DNA from: Nostoc sp. PCC 7120 = FACHB-418
GTDB lineage: Bacteria > Cyanobacteriota > Cyanobacteriia > Cyanobacteriales > Nostocaceae
DNA length: 32,000 nucleotides
Assembly (NCBI RefSeq): GCF_000009705.1
Contig: NC_003272.1
Location: 4,740,001-4,772,000 of the forward strand
Direction: 5' to 3'
The notes beneath the pieces are model-generated. The model did no database searches. It was not told the origin of the DNA and saw only the letters and a program-made list of their open reading frames with translations. The position numbers and the translations under genes were made by a program. Positions 16,241 to 24,586 of this stretch are shown piece by piece (position 1 is the stretch's first letter; every line of letters starts with the position of its first letter).

Positions 16241-17164
16241 ATGCTGCGTCGCGGGATATTATTTACTTTTGGAATTTTCTTGAGCATAATTTTAATCGCG
16301 TGTAATACTACAAATACTCAGCAGCCACAAGCACAAGCTACGCAAAGTATTACAACACCTAATACTCCATCTCAAGAATTAGCAAAATTATCTGCTAAAA
16401 GAGTTGTGACACTCTCTTCTCTAACCACAGATATTATTTTTCAACTGGATAAAACAAAGCTTGTAGGTATTTCTGGTAGCTCATTATTCAAAAATGACCC
16501 CCGTTTCCAAGATATACCCCGTATCAGCGAAGGTCAAAGTCCCCCCAATTTGGAAAAAATTGTGGCGCTCAAGCCTGATTTAGTCATTGGTGCAGAAGGT
16601 TTTTCTAATCAACCAATTCAAAGACTCCAACAATTAGGTATTCCCACCTTACTGACTCAAATAAATACATGGAAGTCTTTAGAAGAAATTACAGCAAAGC
16701 TGGCTCAGTTAATTGATGTTAATCCCCAACCTTTATTAGAACGTTATCGGAGTTTTCTAGGGGATAAGCCAGGAACAAATACTTCTACTTTAGTTCTGGT
16801 TAGTAGTCAACCAATTTTAGCTCCCAATAAGAATAGTTGGGCTGGGGATTTACTCGAAAAATTCCAAGTAAAAAATTTAGCAGCAGAACTACAAGGAAAA
16901 AGCCCAATCGCTGGTTATGTAACTCTTTCGGCTGAGAAAGTTTTAGAAGCTAATCCAGAAGCGGTTGTTCTAATTACTCCTCCTCAAGGTGGTTCAAAAA
17001 CAGAAGTTTTAGATTCTTTCAAGAAAGAGAGTTTTTGGCAAAAATTACCCGCGACTAAGAATAATCGAGTCTATGTTTTTGACTATTATGGGTTAGTAAA
17101 TCCAGGTAGTATAGATGCTATAGAGAAGGCTTGTGAGCAGATTAAGAAAGATTTGCTAGCTTAA
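16241..17164 (+). CDS. ABC-transporter periplasmic substrate-binding lipoprotein of the BtuF/FhuD class (cobalamin, siderophore or heme type).
   Basis: Lipobox LSIILIAC. The pattern RVVTLSSLTTDIIFQLD..LVGISG, then LKPDLVIG, then NRVYVF is typical of Peripla_BP_2 proteins. No cognate permease or ATPase gene is adjacent. Confidence 0.75.
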   Translation: MLRRGILFTFGIFLSIILIACNTTNTQQPQAQATQSITTPNTPSQELAKLSAKRVVTLSSLTTDIIFQLDKTKLVGISGSSLFKNDPRFQDIPRISEGQSPPNLEKIVALKPDLVIGAEGFSNQPIQRLQQLGIPTLLTQINTWKSLEEITAKLAQLIDVNPQPLLERYRSFLGDKPGTNTSTLVLVSSQPILAPNKNSWAGDLLEKFQVKNLAAELQGKSPIAGYVTLSAEKVLEANPEAVVLITPPQGGSKTEVLDSFKKESFWQKLPATKNNRVYVFDYYGLVNPGSIDAIEKACEQIKKDLLA

Positions 17165-17212
17165 GATTTCAGATGATACCAATTCAAAATTCACAGTTTC
17201 TTCAACACGTTG

Positions 17213-17382
17213 CGCGTAAACCTCCTGGGAAGCAAGCGTTCGACTAAACTCGCACCCAAGTCTAAGCGTAGCGTTTCGCAGAGGACGTAGAGAAGAAAGC
17301 CAGATATAACGGAGATAAGATTTATTGCGCTTCCCTGCGGGACGCTCCGCGTTAAGCGGAGCTATGCCGAAGGCTTTACGCG
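17213..17382. repeat. MITE-like dispersed repeat bounded by CGCGTAAA / TTTACGCG.
   Basis: Terminal inverted 8-mers lie at 17213-17220 and 17375-17382. The internal motif GCGTAGCGTTTCGCAGAGGA is related to GCAGTAGCGTTCCGCAGGAAAGG in the element at 21466-21535. Confidence 0.55.
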
Positions 17383-17383
17383 T

Positions 17384-17421
17384 GTCAGTTGTCAGTTGTC
17401 AGTTGTTATTTGTCAGTGGTT
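17384..17421. repeat. STRR heptamer array (GTCAGTT)n.
   Basis: The sequence reads gtcagttgtcagttgtcagttgttatttgtcagtggttg. Confidence 0.85.
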
Positions 17422-17445
17422 GAAAGGAACTGGTTTAATACCCCA

Positions 17446-17530
17446 TCCCCTTGTGGGTAGTTTTTAGTCGTTTTTGCCACTAACCACTAACAAAAACTCC
17501 ACACACAAGGGGATTGAGTTTTTTATTTTG
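17446..17530 (+). terminator. Long hairpin plus U-tract between the convergent binding-protein and FTR1 genes.
   Basis: TCCCCTTGTG (17446-17455) pairs perfectly with CACAAGGGGA (17504-17513). Inner partial pairing is present (agtttttagt / actaacaaaaact). The sequence ttgagTTTTTTATTTTg follows. Confidence 0.5.
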
Positions 17531-17542
17531 AATTGATTTATC

Positions 17543-18490
17543 TTATCTTTCTGCAATTGATATCTTCTTATTAGATTGGGGCGCACCACCAGTTAAACTG
17601 CGGAAATATAAACCACCAACAGTTAATAAGAATAAAAGATATCCCACTGCTTCTACAATATAAAGATGTTGTCTGTAGCCAAATAAGGATTTGAGAATTA
17701 CACCAGGAAACTGTTCATCGGGTAAGATTTGCTCAGTATTCCAAACCAGCGGCCCTAAAATACAAGAGTGGATTTTAGTAAAATGTTGGTAATAAAAACA
17801 AAGATTTTCTGAGGCGCGGCTGCTAAGAGCTAAGTTTGCTACAGCATCATCGAAATGCTTTAAGGCGGAAACAACTAATCCTGCAACAATTAATACTAAT
17901 AAAACGCCCATTACTTGGAAGAATTGGCGGATATCAATTTTAACGCCTAATTTAAATAAAAGTACACCAATAGCTGCTGCTGTTGCCAAACCCGCCAGAG
18001 CGCCTATTGTCGGTATAAGTCCCTGTTGAAAATTGGCGGCGATGAATAATACTGTTTCAAAACCTTCACGAACAACAGCAACGAGAATTAAGCTAAAAAC
18101 ACCCCAGCCAGCATTTGAGTTTTGTGTGAGTGCGTCTGTAACTGCTCCTTCGACTTGCGCTTTCATGAATCTGGCTTGTTTTGTCATCCAGATTAGCATC
18201 CAACTGAGCATAGCGATCGCCAACACACTAAAAACGCCTTCTAGCATCGGTTCCACTACCACTGTGTATTGAGGATTAGCGGCTCCAACTGCTTGAATTA
18301 TCCAAGTGAATAGCACACCAATTAGCGCACTGATTACGATACCAACGGCGACACCAGCGTACACCCAAGGGTTGAGGCGGGATTGTTTAGCCTTTTTGAG
18401 CAAAGCTAAGACAATACCAACAACTAAGGCGGCTTCTACTCCTTCTCGGAGTGTAATGACAAAAGTAGGTAGAGCAGTACTAAAGTTCAT
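17543..18490 (-). CDS. FTR1/EfeU-family high-affinity iron permease.
   Basis: Two REGxE motifs are present: TLREGVEAALVVG near the N-terminus and VVREGFETVLFIA mid-protein. The protein has about 7 TM helices. Confidence 0.9.
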   Translation of the reverse strand: MNFSTALPTFVITLREGVEAALVVGIVLALLKKAKQSRLNPWVYAGVAVGIVISALIGVLFTWIIQAVGAANPQYTVVVEPMLEGVFSVLAIAMLSWMLIWMTKQARFMKAQVEGAVTDALTQNSNAGWGVFSLILVAVVREGFETVLFIAANFQQGLIPTIGALAGLATAAAIGVLLFKLGVKIDIRQFFQVMGVLLVLIVAGLVVSALKHFDDAVANLALSSRASENLCFYYQHFTKIHSCILGPLVWNTEQILPDEQFPGVILKSLFGYRQHLYIVEAVGYLLFLLTVGGLYFRSLTGGAPQSNKKISIAER

Positions 18491-18491
18491 A

Positions 18492-18593
18492 ATCAGTTGT
18501 TTATGGTCAGTGGTCAGTTGTCAGTGGTCAGTTGTCAGTTGTAAATGATTTATTTTCATAGCAACTGACAAATGACTATTGACTATTGACTAG
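18492..18593. repeat. Inverted pair of STRR heptamer arrays between the ferritin-like and FTR1 genes.
   Basis: The left arm (18492-18547) is (GTCAGTK)n. The right arm (18563-18593) reads AACTGAC AAATGAC TATTGAC TATTGAC TAG. GTCAGTTG (18533-18540) is complementary to CAACTGAC (18562-18569). The right arm contains the stop codon of the upstream gene. Confidence 0.85.
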
Positions 18594-19024
18594 ATAAAAT
18601 CTCGTAGCATTTTTTTCAATTCGAGATTGTGTAGCTCTTCTTGTCCAATCATGCTGCGAGCGAATTCTTCTAGATAAATACTGGCATTGGCTACAGTATC
18701 TAACAAAGATTTATACATTTCCAATGCCTTTCTCTCATGGTTCAAGCTTTCTTGTAGGATATCCTTAACAGTATGCTTGTAGGTTTCCTCCATTGGGGCA
18801 ATTCTCAGGGTGGGATGTCCATCTAAACCTGTGAGAATTTCTCCTACTTGTTGAGCATGGAGTAGAGATTCACTGGCTTGTGCTTTGAAGAAAGCAACAA
18901 TGGGAATGCGATTAGGGCCGGTTACCATCAAGGAATAATGTGTATAGCGCACTACGCCAGCGAGTTCAAATTCCATGATGGCGTTAAGTAGGTCAATGGC
19001 CTTATTTTGGTTAAGCTCTTGCAT
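18590..19024 (-). CDS. Ferritin-like four-helix-bundle protein (bacterioferritin/DPSL-like, atypical Dps).
   Basis: 144 aa. Di-iron-type ligand pattern: MEFELAG (helix A), ASESLLHAQ (helix B), NHERKALEMY (helix C) and GQEELHNLE (ExxH, helix D). From memory it resembles the Dps5/All3940 class. Confidence 0.75.
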   Translation of the reverse strand: MQELNQNKAIDLLNAIMEFELAGVVRYTHYSLMVTGPNRIPIVAFFKAQASESLLHAQQVGEILTGLDGHPTLRIAPMEETYKHTVKDILQESLNHERKALEMYKSLLDTVANASIYLEEFARSMIGQEELHNLELKKMLRDFI

Positions 19025-19076
19025 GAGTGGTTGATTAAAATTACGAATGGAGCGTCATGAGTAAAAGGGTACAGGT

Positions 19077-19107
19077 GTTAAAAGTCTCAATAATGTTCAC
19101 TTTTAAC
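19077..19107. promoter_or_regulatory. Palindromic candidate operator upstream of the ferritin-like gene.
   Basis: GTTAAAAGT (19077-19085) and ACTTTTAAC (19099-19107) are perfect 9-bp inverted repeats 13 nt apart. They lie 53-83 nt upstream of the start codon at 19024. The binding factor is unknown. Confidence 0.25.
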
Positions 19108-19200
19108 TTTTAACAGTTATCTCACTTCTTATCCATTTTAAACTTCTCAGTTTCCGCCTCCAAGTGAGTCCTTGGGCTATTTTTGTGCTTGCGTACTTGA

Positions 19201-20214
19201 TTAGTCGATAACTTTTTGCGAGTTTAGCTCAATAGTTTTTACCAGTTTAGTAACTTCTTCGGGGGTTTTTATTGGTGTCGCTGGTGGAATAGCTGCTGGC
19301 CAGACTTTTGTTAGTTCTGCAAGACTAGTGTTAATGGCTTTGTCTGCTTCCGGGTTGGCCTGTGCTACTTGAGAGGAAATTCCTTTATACAATTCGTTGG
19401 CGTAGACAATAAAACCGCGAGAATCTTGATATTCAATCGCTGCCGCAATTTTACCATCTGCGATCGCCGCCCCATATTCGGAGTTAGCTGCATCCAACAA
19501 GCCGTTAATCACTTGTAGGACAAATCCGGGTTTGCTGCGTTGGGCTGCTGGTAAAGTGGCGATCGCCCCATCAACTGACTGCACGGAAGTTGTAAAATCA
19601 GTTTTTACCTTGGCATCCTTTGGTTTCGATTTGACTAAATCTTGCAAACTAACCAACGTTGTCTTAAATTCTTTAACTTTACGCTCATTAAGCTGTTCTT
19701 CTACATCAACATAAATCTCTTCCACAGGGTGTCCTATATGGGGTTCTGCCTGTTTTGGCTGATTTTGGTCTAGTAATTCTTGCGCTACCAAAAGATGTCC
19801 CTTCATTAACCCCAATTTGGTCATGTAGTCCACATCTTTAGCTTCACCTGTTAACACCACTTCTTGAACAGTCACTATGTCTTTAATTTGGTCGAACTGT
19901 TCTTGAGTAATCACTTTCTTGCTAACTAAATCCTCTGGACTACCGTAGGGACGACTACCTTGAATTTTGTTTGATAATGCTGGTACACCTAACTTAGCTT
20001 CAAACTTATCCAATTCCGACAAGATAGCAGTATTGATATTAATTTTGGCTTTACTACCATGACTGCTATGGTTGACAGCTTCCGTAGTTTGGGTAGCAGA
20101 ATTGCTGTTAGCTGGCTGTGAATTTTCGGCTGTTGGTGTACCCCCACTACAAGAACTCAGGGAGACTATGACGCAAGCTGCAACAGCCAAACAGATATAA
20201 CGGGATTTAACCAT
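19201..20214 (-). CDS. Lipoprotein with a ComEA/PsbU-like helix-hairpin-helix module and a helical His/Glu-containing C-terminal domain.
   Basis: Lipobox VSLSSCSGG. The segment ININTAILSELDKFEAKLGVPALSNKIQGSRPYGSPEDLVSKKVITQEQFDQIKD fits the ComEA/PsbU HhH pattern. The C-terminal ~200 aa is helical, with GHLLVAQELL, HIGHPVEEIY and EYQDSRGF. Confidence 0.7.
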   Translation of the reverse strand: MVKSRYICLAVAACVIVSLSSCSGGTPTAENSQPANSNSATQTTEAVNHSSHGSKAKININTAILSELDKFEAKLGVPALSNKIQGSRPYGSPEDLVSKKVITQEQFDQIKDIVTVQEVVLTGEAKDVDYMTKLGLMKGHLLVAQELLDQNQPKQAEPHIGHPVEEIYVDVEEQLNERKVKEFKTTLVSLQDLVKSKPKDAKVKTDFTTSVQSVDGAIATLPAAQRSKPGFVLQVINGLLDAANSEYGAAIADGKIAAAIEYQDSRGFIVYANELYKGISSQVAQANPEADKAINTSLAELTKVWPAAIPPATPIKTPEEVTKLVKTIELNSQKVID

Positions 20215-20303
20215 TTTGATTCCTAAAGGTGATAAAAACCCATAAATTGCGAGATTTTTCAGCTATATACTTAAGATAAAATCTGATATATTTTTGCAAT
20301 AGG

Positions 20304-20322
20304 TATTATGATGATTTATCAC
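20304..20322. promoter_or_regulatory. Fur-box-like AT-rich motif in the promoter region of the lipoprotein/ferritin-like/FTR1 genes.
   Basis: TATTATGATGATTTATCAC shows three successive NAT(A/T)AT-like hexamers, as in GATAATGATAATCATTATC. It lies ~90-110 nt upstream of the ATG at 20214. Confidence 0.3.
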
Positions 20323-20409
20323 AAATAAAAGTAATTATCAACTAATTATAAAAATATTTAAGTTAAATTTAAAAAATTATCTCATTCTCTAGTGCAGCTA
20401 ACAACTGCA

Positions 20410-21426
20410 TCAATTAGAATGATTTTGATTATTATTAGCAACAACTTCAAATTGACCCATACAACCATTTTCAGCGATCGCATCTTGATGAGGATGGAAC
20501 ATATATTTACCTGGATAGCGAAACGCAAATTCTAAAATATGCCGTTCTGCAACCCCCATTGTGATCACATCGGTTTTCTCGCTAGCTTTCATACTCATGC
20601 CATAACGATAGACATCAAAGAAGTTAGCGTGGAGGTGAAACGTCACAGCCGGATCATATTCAATAATGTTGAGGACGTACAGCCGAATCAATTGATTTTG
20701 GTAAATCTGAATCGGATTATCCATATAGTGATGAGGTAAGCCGTTGAAGGCGTAAAAATCATTATGGCTATTATCATCTACGTCATAGCCAGCCATCACC
20801 AGCACTATCTCATCGGCTGGGGGACGGGGTGTCGGTGGGTCGATGATAAACATTCCATATAAACCTTTGGCGATGTGACGGGTAACAGGTTCAATATGGC
20901 AGTGGTATAAATGAACCCCGTAAGGTTCAGCATCAAATTCGTAGATGGTGGCACTATTATTACTCACAGGACGGACACCATCCATTTCGGCTGGATGAAC
21001 CCCATGAAAATGTAGAGAGTGGGAATGTCCAGCTTGGTTGTGAAATAATACCCGGATGCGATCGCCTTGTTTGGCTCTGAGTGTCGGCCCTGGTATGCGA
21101 CCATTAAGATCCCAGATGTTGTAAGAAACAGCACTATTGAGTTGAATGACTGAAGTACCCGCAGTTAACTGAAATTCTCGAATAGTCCGACCATTTTCTT
21201 GCTTCAGCGTTCCATAATCGAATTCTCTCAGCATCCGCATGGGTTGAGCCACTTTATCAGCTGCATCCATTTTCATTTGCGGTACTTTGACAATAGACTT
21301 ACCTTGTGAGTTCAATGTCTGCCAAAGCGCTGCCGCACCTGCCACACCAATACCACCTAACCCCAGCTTCAGTAATTGGCGACGAGTCCAAAATTCTCGT
21401 CTACCCAGATTAAAATTATTGGGCAT
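20410..21426 (-). CDS. Tat-exported two-domain multicopper oxidase.
   Basis: The likely start is ATG 21426 (MPNNFNLGRREFWTRRQLLKLGLGGIGVAGAAA, a twin-arginine signal). The track ORF extends to 21462. Copper motifs: HSHSLHFHGVHP (~21001-21030), HLYHCHIEPVTRHIAKGLYGM (HCH plus T1 ligands, ~20870-20915), FHLHANF and MFHPHQD. At ~340 aa it has two cupredoxin domains rather than three. Confidence 0.85.
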   Translation of the reverse strand: MPNNFNLGRREFWTRRQLLKLGLGGIGVAGAAALWQTLNSQGKSIVKVPQMKMDAADKVAQPMRMLREFDYGTLKQENGRTIREFQLTAGTSVIQLNSAVSYNIWDLNGRIPGPTLRAKQGDRIRVLFHNQAGHSHSLHFHGVHPAEMDGVRPVSNNSATIYEFDAEPYGVHLYHCHIEPVTRHIAKGLYGMFIIDPPTPRPPADEIVLVMAGYDVDDNSHNDFYAFNGLPHHYMDNPIQIYQNQLIRLYVLNIIEYDPAVTFHLHANFFDVYRYGMSMKASEKTDVITMGVAERHILEFAFRYPGKYMFHPHQDAIAENGCMGQFEVVANNNQNHSN

Positions 21427-21465
21427 GAAATTAAACCACAGAATTAACAATTCAAAATTCAAAAT

Positions 21466-21535
21466 ACCCTACGGGTACTCTGCGAGAACGCCTTTGGCGA
21501 ACGCAGTAGCGTTCCGCAGGAAAGGCTGCGCCAAC
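21466..21535. repeat. 70-bp dispersed repeat inserted into an AAAATTC heptamer tract.
   Basis: The element is flanked by a perfect 12-bp direct repeat AAAATTCAAAAT (21454-21465 and 21536-21547). The internal GCAGTAGCGTTCCGCAGGAAAGG is related to the element at 17213-17382. Confidence 0.65.
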
Positions 21536-21769
21536 AAAATTCAAAATTAAAGACAGTTGGAGTCGGGGTTTCTCAAGACAAACCCCAACTCAACTGATAC
21601 TACGTGTAGACGTAAGGGTCTTAAACCCTATGAATTTACGATACAGCCAGAGTTGCAAATAATGATGTTAGTAATTGTCTTGAATTTTTAATTTTTACCT
21701 TTGAATTGTTAGTTAGGGTATAAGCTGGTTTAGACTATATCGTTGAAATATATTTTTTAGGTATAAAGT

Positions 21770-22555
21770 GTGCTGAGAAGGGTTCTCGCATCGAAACGTG
21801 CCTCCCTAATTCTCATGGGGATGCTGAGCTTTTATATAATTGTTAGTGCATCTGCGCCAGCTTATGCCATGCACATTATGGAGGGCTATCTACCAGCAGG
21901 GTGGGCAGCTTTTTGGTGGTTAGTAGCTTTGCCGTTTATGCTTCTAGGAGTGCGATCGCTCACCCGCATCACCAAAGCCAACCCAGAACTAAAATTATTG
22001 TTAGCATTGGCAGGGGCTTTTACTTTCGTATTATCGGCCTTGAAATTGCCCTCAGTAACGGGTAGTTGTTCTCACCCGACAGGTACAGGCTTAGGGTCCG
22101 TGCTATTCGGGCCTTTGGCGATGTCTGTGTTGGGTAGTTTAGTATTGTTGTTTCAAGCATTGCTACTGGCGCATGGTGGTTTAACAACTTTGGGTGCAAA
22201 TGCTTTTTCAATGGCGATCGCGGGGCCATTTGCAGCCTATTGGATATATCATCTGACAATCAAGTTAACTGGCAAGCAAAGAATTGCCATCTTTTTAGCA
22301 GCCACCTTAGCAGATTTGCTAACCTACATTATTACTTCCGTCCAACTAGCCTTAGCTTTTCCCGCACCAGTCGGCGGATTTATCGCCTCATTCGCCAAAT
22401 TTGCTGGTATTTTCGCCATTACCCAAATCCCTTTAGCCATTAGTGAAGGATTATTAACTGTCTTGGTATGGAACTGGCTACAATCCTACTCACCGCAAGA
22501 ACTCCAATTATTGAAATTAATCCAAGGGGAATCTCAAAGCCATGAATCAATCTAA
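21770..22555 (+). CDS. cbiM: ECF cobalt transporter substrate-capture component CbiM (with a cleavable leader).
   Basis: GTG start. The leader ends ...SASAPAYA and is followed by [12 protein letters not shown], the signature mature N-terminus of Cbi[13 protein letters not shown] and [13 protein letters not shown] are also present. Confidence 0.9.
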   Translation: MLRRVLASKRASLILMGMLSFYIIVSASAPAYAMHIMEGYLPAGWAAFWWLVALPFMLLGVRSLTRITKANPELKLLLALAGAFTFVLSALKLPSVTGSCSHPTGTGLGSVLFGPLAMSVLGSLVLLFQALLLAHGGLTTLGANAFSMAIAGPFAAYWIYHLTIKLTGKQRIAIFLAATLADLLTYIITSVQLALAFPAPVGGFIASFAKFAGIFAITQIPLAISEGLLTVLVWNWLQSYSPQELQLLKLIQGESQSHESI

Positions 22556-22844
22556 ACAAAGCCTCAGTAATTGGCTATTGATAGGCGGAGTCATCGCTTT
22601 AGCCGTTTTACCTTTAATATTTGTGCGGGATGCAGAATTTACAGGTGCAGATAGCCAAGCCGAAAAAGCAATTAGTGAGGTGAAGCCTGGATATGAACCT
22701 TGGTTTAAACCGTTATTTGAACCACCAAGCGGTGAAGTGGAAAGTTTATTATTCAGTTCACAAGCAGCTTTAGGCGCGGGGATTATTGGTTATGCAGTTG
22801 GTTTATATAAGGGACGTTCCCAACAGCAAAGGCATAAGGAATGA
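22542..22844 (+). CDS. cbiN: ECF cobalt transporter small component CbiN.
   Basis: 100 aa with two TM helices flanking [44 protein letters not shown]. It overlaps cbiM by 14 nt. Confidence 0.88.
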   Translation: MNQSKQSLSNWLLIGGVIALAVLPLIFVRDAEFTGADSQAEKAISEVKPGYEPWFKPLFEPPSGEVESLLFSSQAALGAGIIGYAVGLYKGRSQQQRHKE

Positions 22845-23641
22845 CCTTACAAATAGATACCCTTGCGTATACTAATAAATTGCGGCGATTAGCACCAGGA
22901 CAGAAATTGTTGTTGGCGATCGCCTTACTTATGATCACAGCCTTTGCTCATCCCCTGGTACAAATATTAATTGCTCTGTGGATGAGTATTTGGACTATAT
23001 TTTACGCAGGTATTCCAGCAAAAATTTATTTGAAGTTAATTTATATTGCAGGCTTTTTCTGGTTGACTAGTTTACCAGCTTTGGCAATTAATGGAGTAGG
23101 GATTTCTCAGTTAAATTTAGTGCAGAATGATGCTGTATATGGGGTAAATATTGGCTTTTATTATTTATATATTAGTCAGCATGGACTTGAACAAGTATGG
23201 CAGATTTTCACACGAGCGATCGCCTCTATTTCTTGCTTATATTTTGTCATGTTAACTATCCCCTTTACAGACTTACTACAAACTTTACGGCGTTACGGCT
23301 TCCCCATACTCCTCACAGATTTATTATTATTAATGTATCGGTTTATTTTTGTTTTATTAAAGACAGCTTCAGACTTATGGACTGCTCAACAAGCTCGTAA
23401 TGGTTACGCCACATTTAGTCTGAGCATGAAAAGCTTATCATTGTTGATTAGTCAATTGTTCCAACGCACCCTAGAAAAGTATCAACAAATATCCTTAAGC
23501 TTGGTATCAAGAGGCTTTAATGGGGAATTTCAAGTTTGGCATCCTTGTCGTTATCACTTATCCAAACGCTATGCTACAGAAGCAATTCTTGGATGCTTTT
23601 TATTGATAATTTTAGAATGGAATCTTCATCTTATCAAGTAA
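22841..23641 (+). CDS. cbiQ: ECF transporter T component CbiQ.
   Basis: ATGA overlap with cbiN. The polytopic protein has the CbiQ/EcfT-type segment AQQARNGY and occupies the expected operon position. Confidence 0.85.
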   Translation: MTLQIDTLAYTNKLRRLAPGQKLLLAIALLMITAFAHPLVQILIALWMSIWTIFYAGIPAKIYLKLIYIAGFFWLTSLPALAINGVGISQLNLVQNDAVYGVNIGFYYLYISQHGLEQVWQIFTRAIASISCLYFVMLTIPFTDLLQTLRRYGFPILLTDLLLLMYRFIFVLLKTASDLWTAQQARNGYATFSLSMKSLSLLISQLFQRTLEKYQQISLSLVSRGFNGEFQVWHPCRYHLSKRYATEAILGCFLLIILEWNLHLIK

Positions 23642-23761
23642 ATAAAATCTCCAAAATTTACTAACTTAGAACTTGTATTAATTAATATAGAATAACCCAC
23701 ATATAAGCATTTAAACCAATGTTTACTAATTCTAAATTTAAATTCTCTCAAGTTGTAGATA

Positions 23762-24586
23762 ATGCAGCAGTCATTACTCACGTTTGAACAAGTATATTAT
23801 ACATATCCAGGTACACAACAATCAGTACTTAATGGCATAACACTACAAATTCCCCAAGGAAAAAGATGTGCCTTAATTGGGAGAAATGGTTGCGGTAAAA
23901 CCACTCTATTCTCTTTAGCCAACGGTTTGTATAAACCACAGCAAGGTCGTGTGTATTGGCAGGAGAAGGCACTACAATATGACCGTAAAAACCTGATGCA
24001 ACTACGCCAAAAAGTTGGACTTGTTTTTCAAAATCCAGAGCAACAATTAGTAGCCTCTACTGTTGAAGAAGATATCTCCTATGGCTTATGTAATTTAGGA
24101 TTACCAATAGCAGATATTCAACAGCGAGTTACCCAAGCTTTAGTAGAATTTGAACTAACAGAATTAGCCGAAAGACCAGTACATCACTTGAGTTTAGGAC
24201 AAAAAAAACGTGTCTCTTTAGCGGATGTCATGGTTTTAAGACCAGAATTACTCTTATTAGATGAGCCAACCGCCTATCTCGACAGACCCCAAAGCCGTAA
24301 CTTAATGGCAATGCTCAATAAAATTTATAAATCTGGAACAACAATACTCATGGCTAGTCATGACTTGGATTTAGTTTATTGCTGGTCAGACTGGGTTTTT
24401 GTGATGGATGCAGGAAGACTTATTTTAGAAGGAAAACCAGAAGATATTTTTTCTCAAAGGGAAATTCTCGACAGCATAGAGTTAGGTCTACCACCAATAT
24501 ATGAAATTTTCATCACAGAAGAACTAGCGACTAAAGAGCATAATTCAGAAAATTTCCGGCGGAGGATATTGCAGTTTTTTTGTTAA
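23762..24586 (+). CDS. cbiO: ECF transporter ATPase CbiO.
   Basis: Walker A GRNGCGKTTLF, signature LSLGQKKRVSLA, Walker B LLLLDEPTAYLD, and His-switch ASHD. Confidence 0.9.
   Translation: MQQSLLTFEQVYYTYPGTQQSVLNGITLQIPQGKRCALIGRNGCGKTTLFSLANGLYKPQQGRVYWQEKALQYDRKNLMQLRQKVGLVFQNPEQQLVASTVEEDISYGLCNLGLPIADIQQRVTQALVEFELTELAERPVHHLSLGQKKRVSLADVMVLRPELLLLDEPTAYLDRPQSRNLMAMLNKIYKSGTTILMASHDLDLVYCWSDWVFVMDAGRLILEGKPEDIFSQREILDSIELGLPPIYEIFITEELATKEHNSENFRRRILQFFC

Noticed and set aside
18033-18548. Plus-strand ORFs inside or antisense to FTR1 (18033-18272, 18306-18548).
   Set aside because: They are shadow ORFs of a hydrophobic membrane-protein gene. The second runs into the heptamer array.
21427-21462. 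The 12-codon N-terminal extension of the multicopper oxidase ORF (MNFELLILWFNF).
   Set aside because: A Tat signal normally begins with a short polar n-region before the RR motif. The ATG at 21426 gives MPNNFNLGRREFWTRRQLL, which fits better. The extension also abuts the heptamer/repeat insertion.
21550-21769. A cobalamin riboswitch was expected upstream of cbiM. I also checked upstream of nikMN, the BtuF-like gene and cobB.
   Set aside because: I could not find a B12 box (GCCACTG / AGCCAGGAGACCTGCC-like) or the GGGAA...GGTG core in any of these leaders. A covariance-model scan would be needed for a definitive negative.
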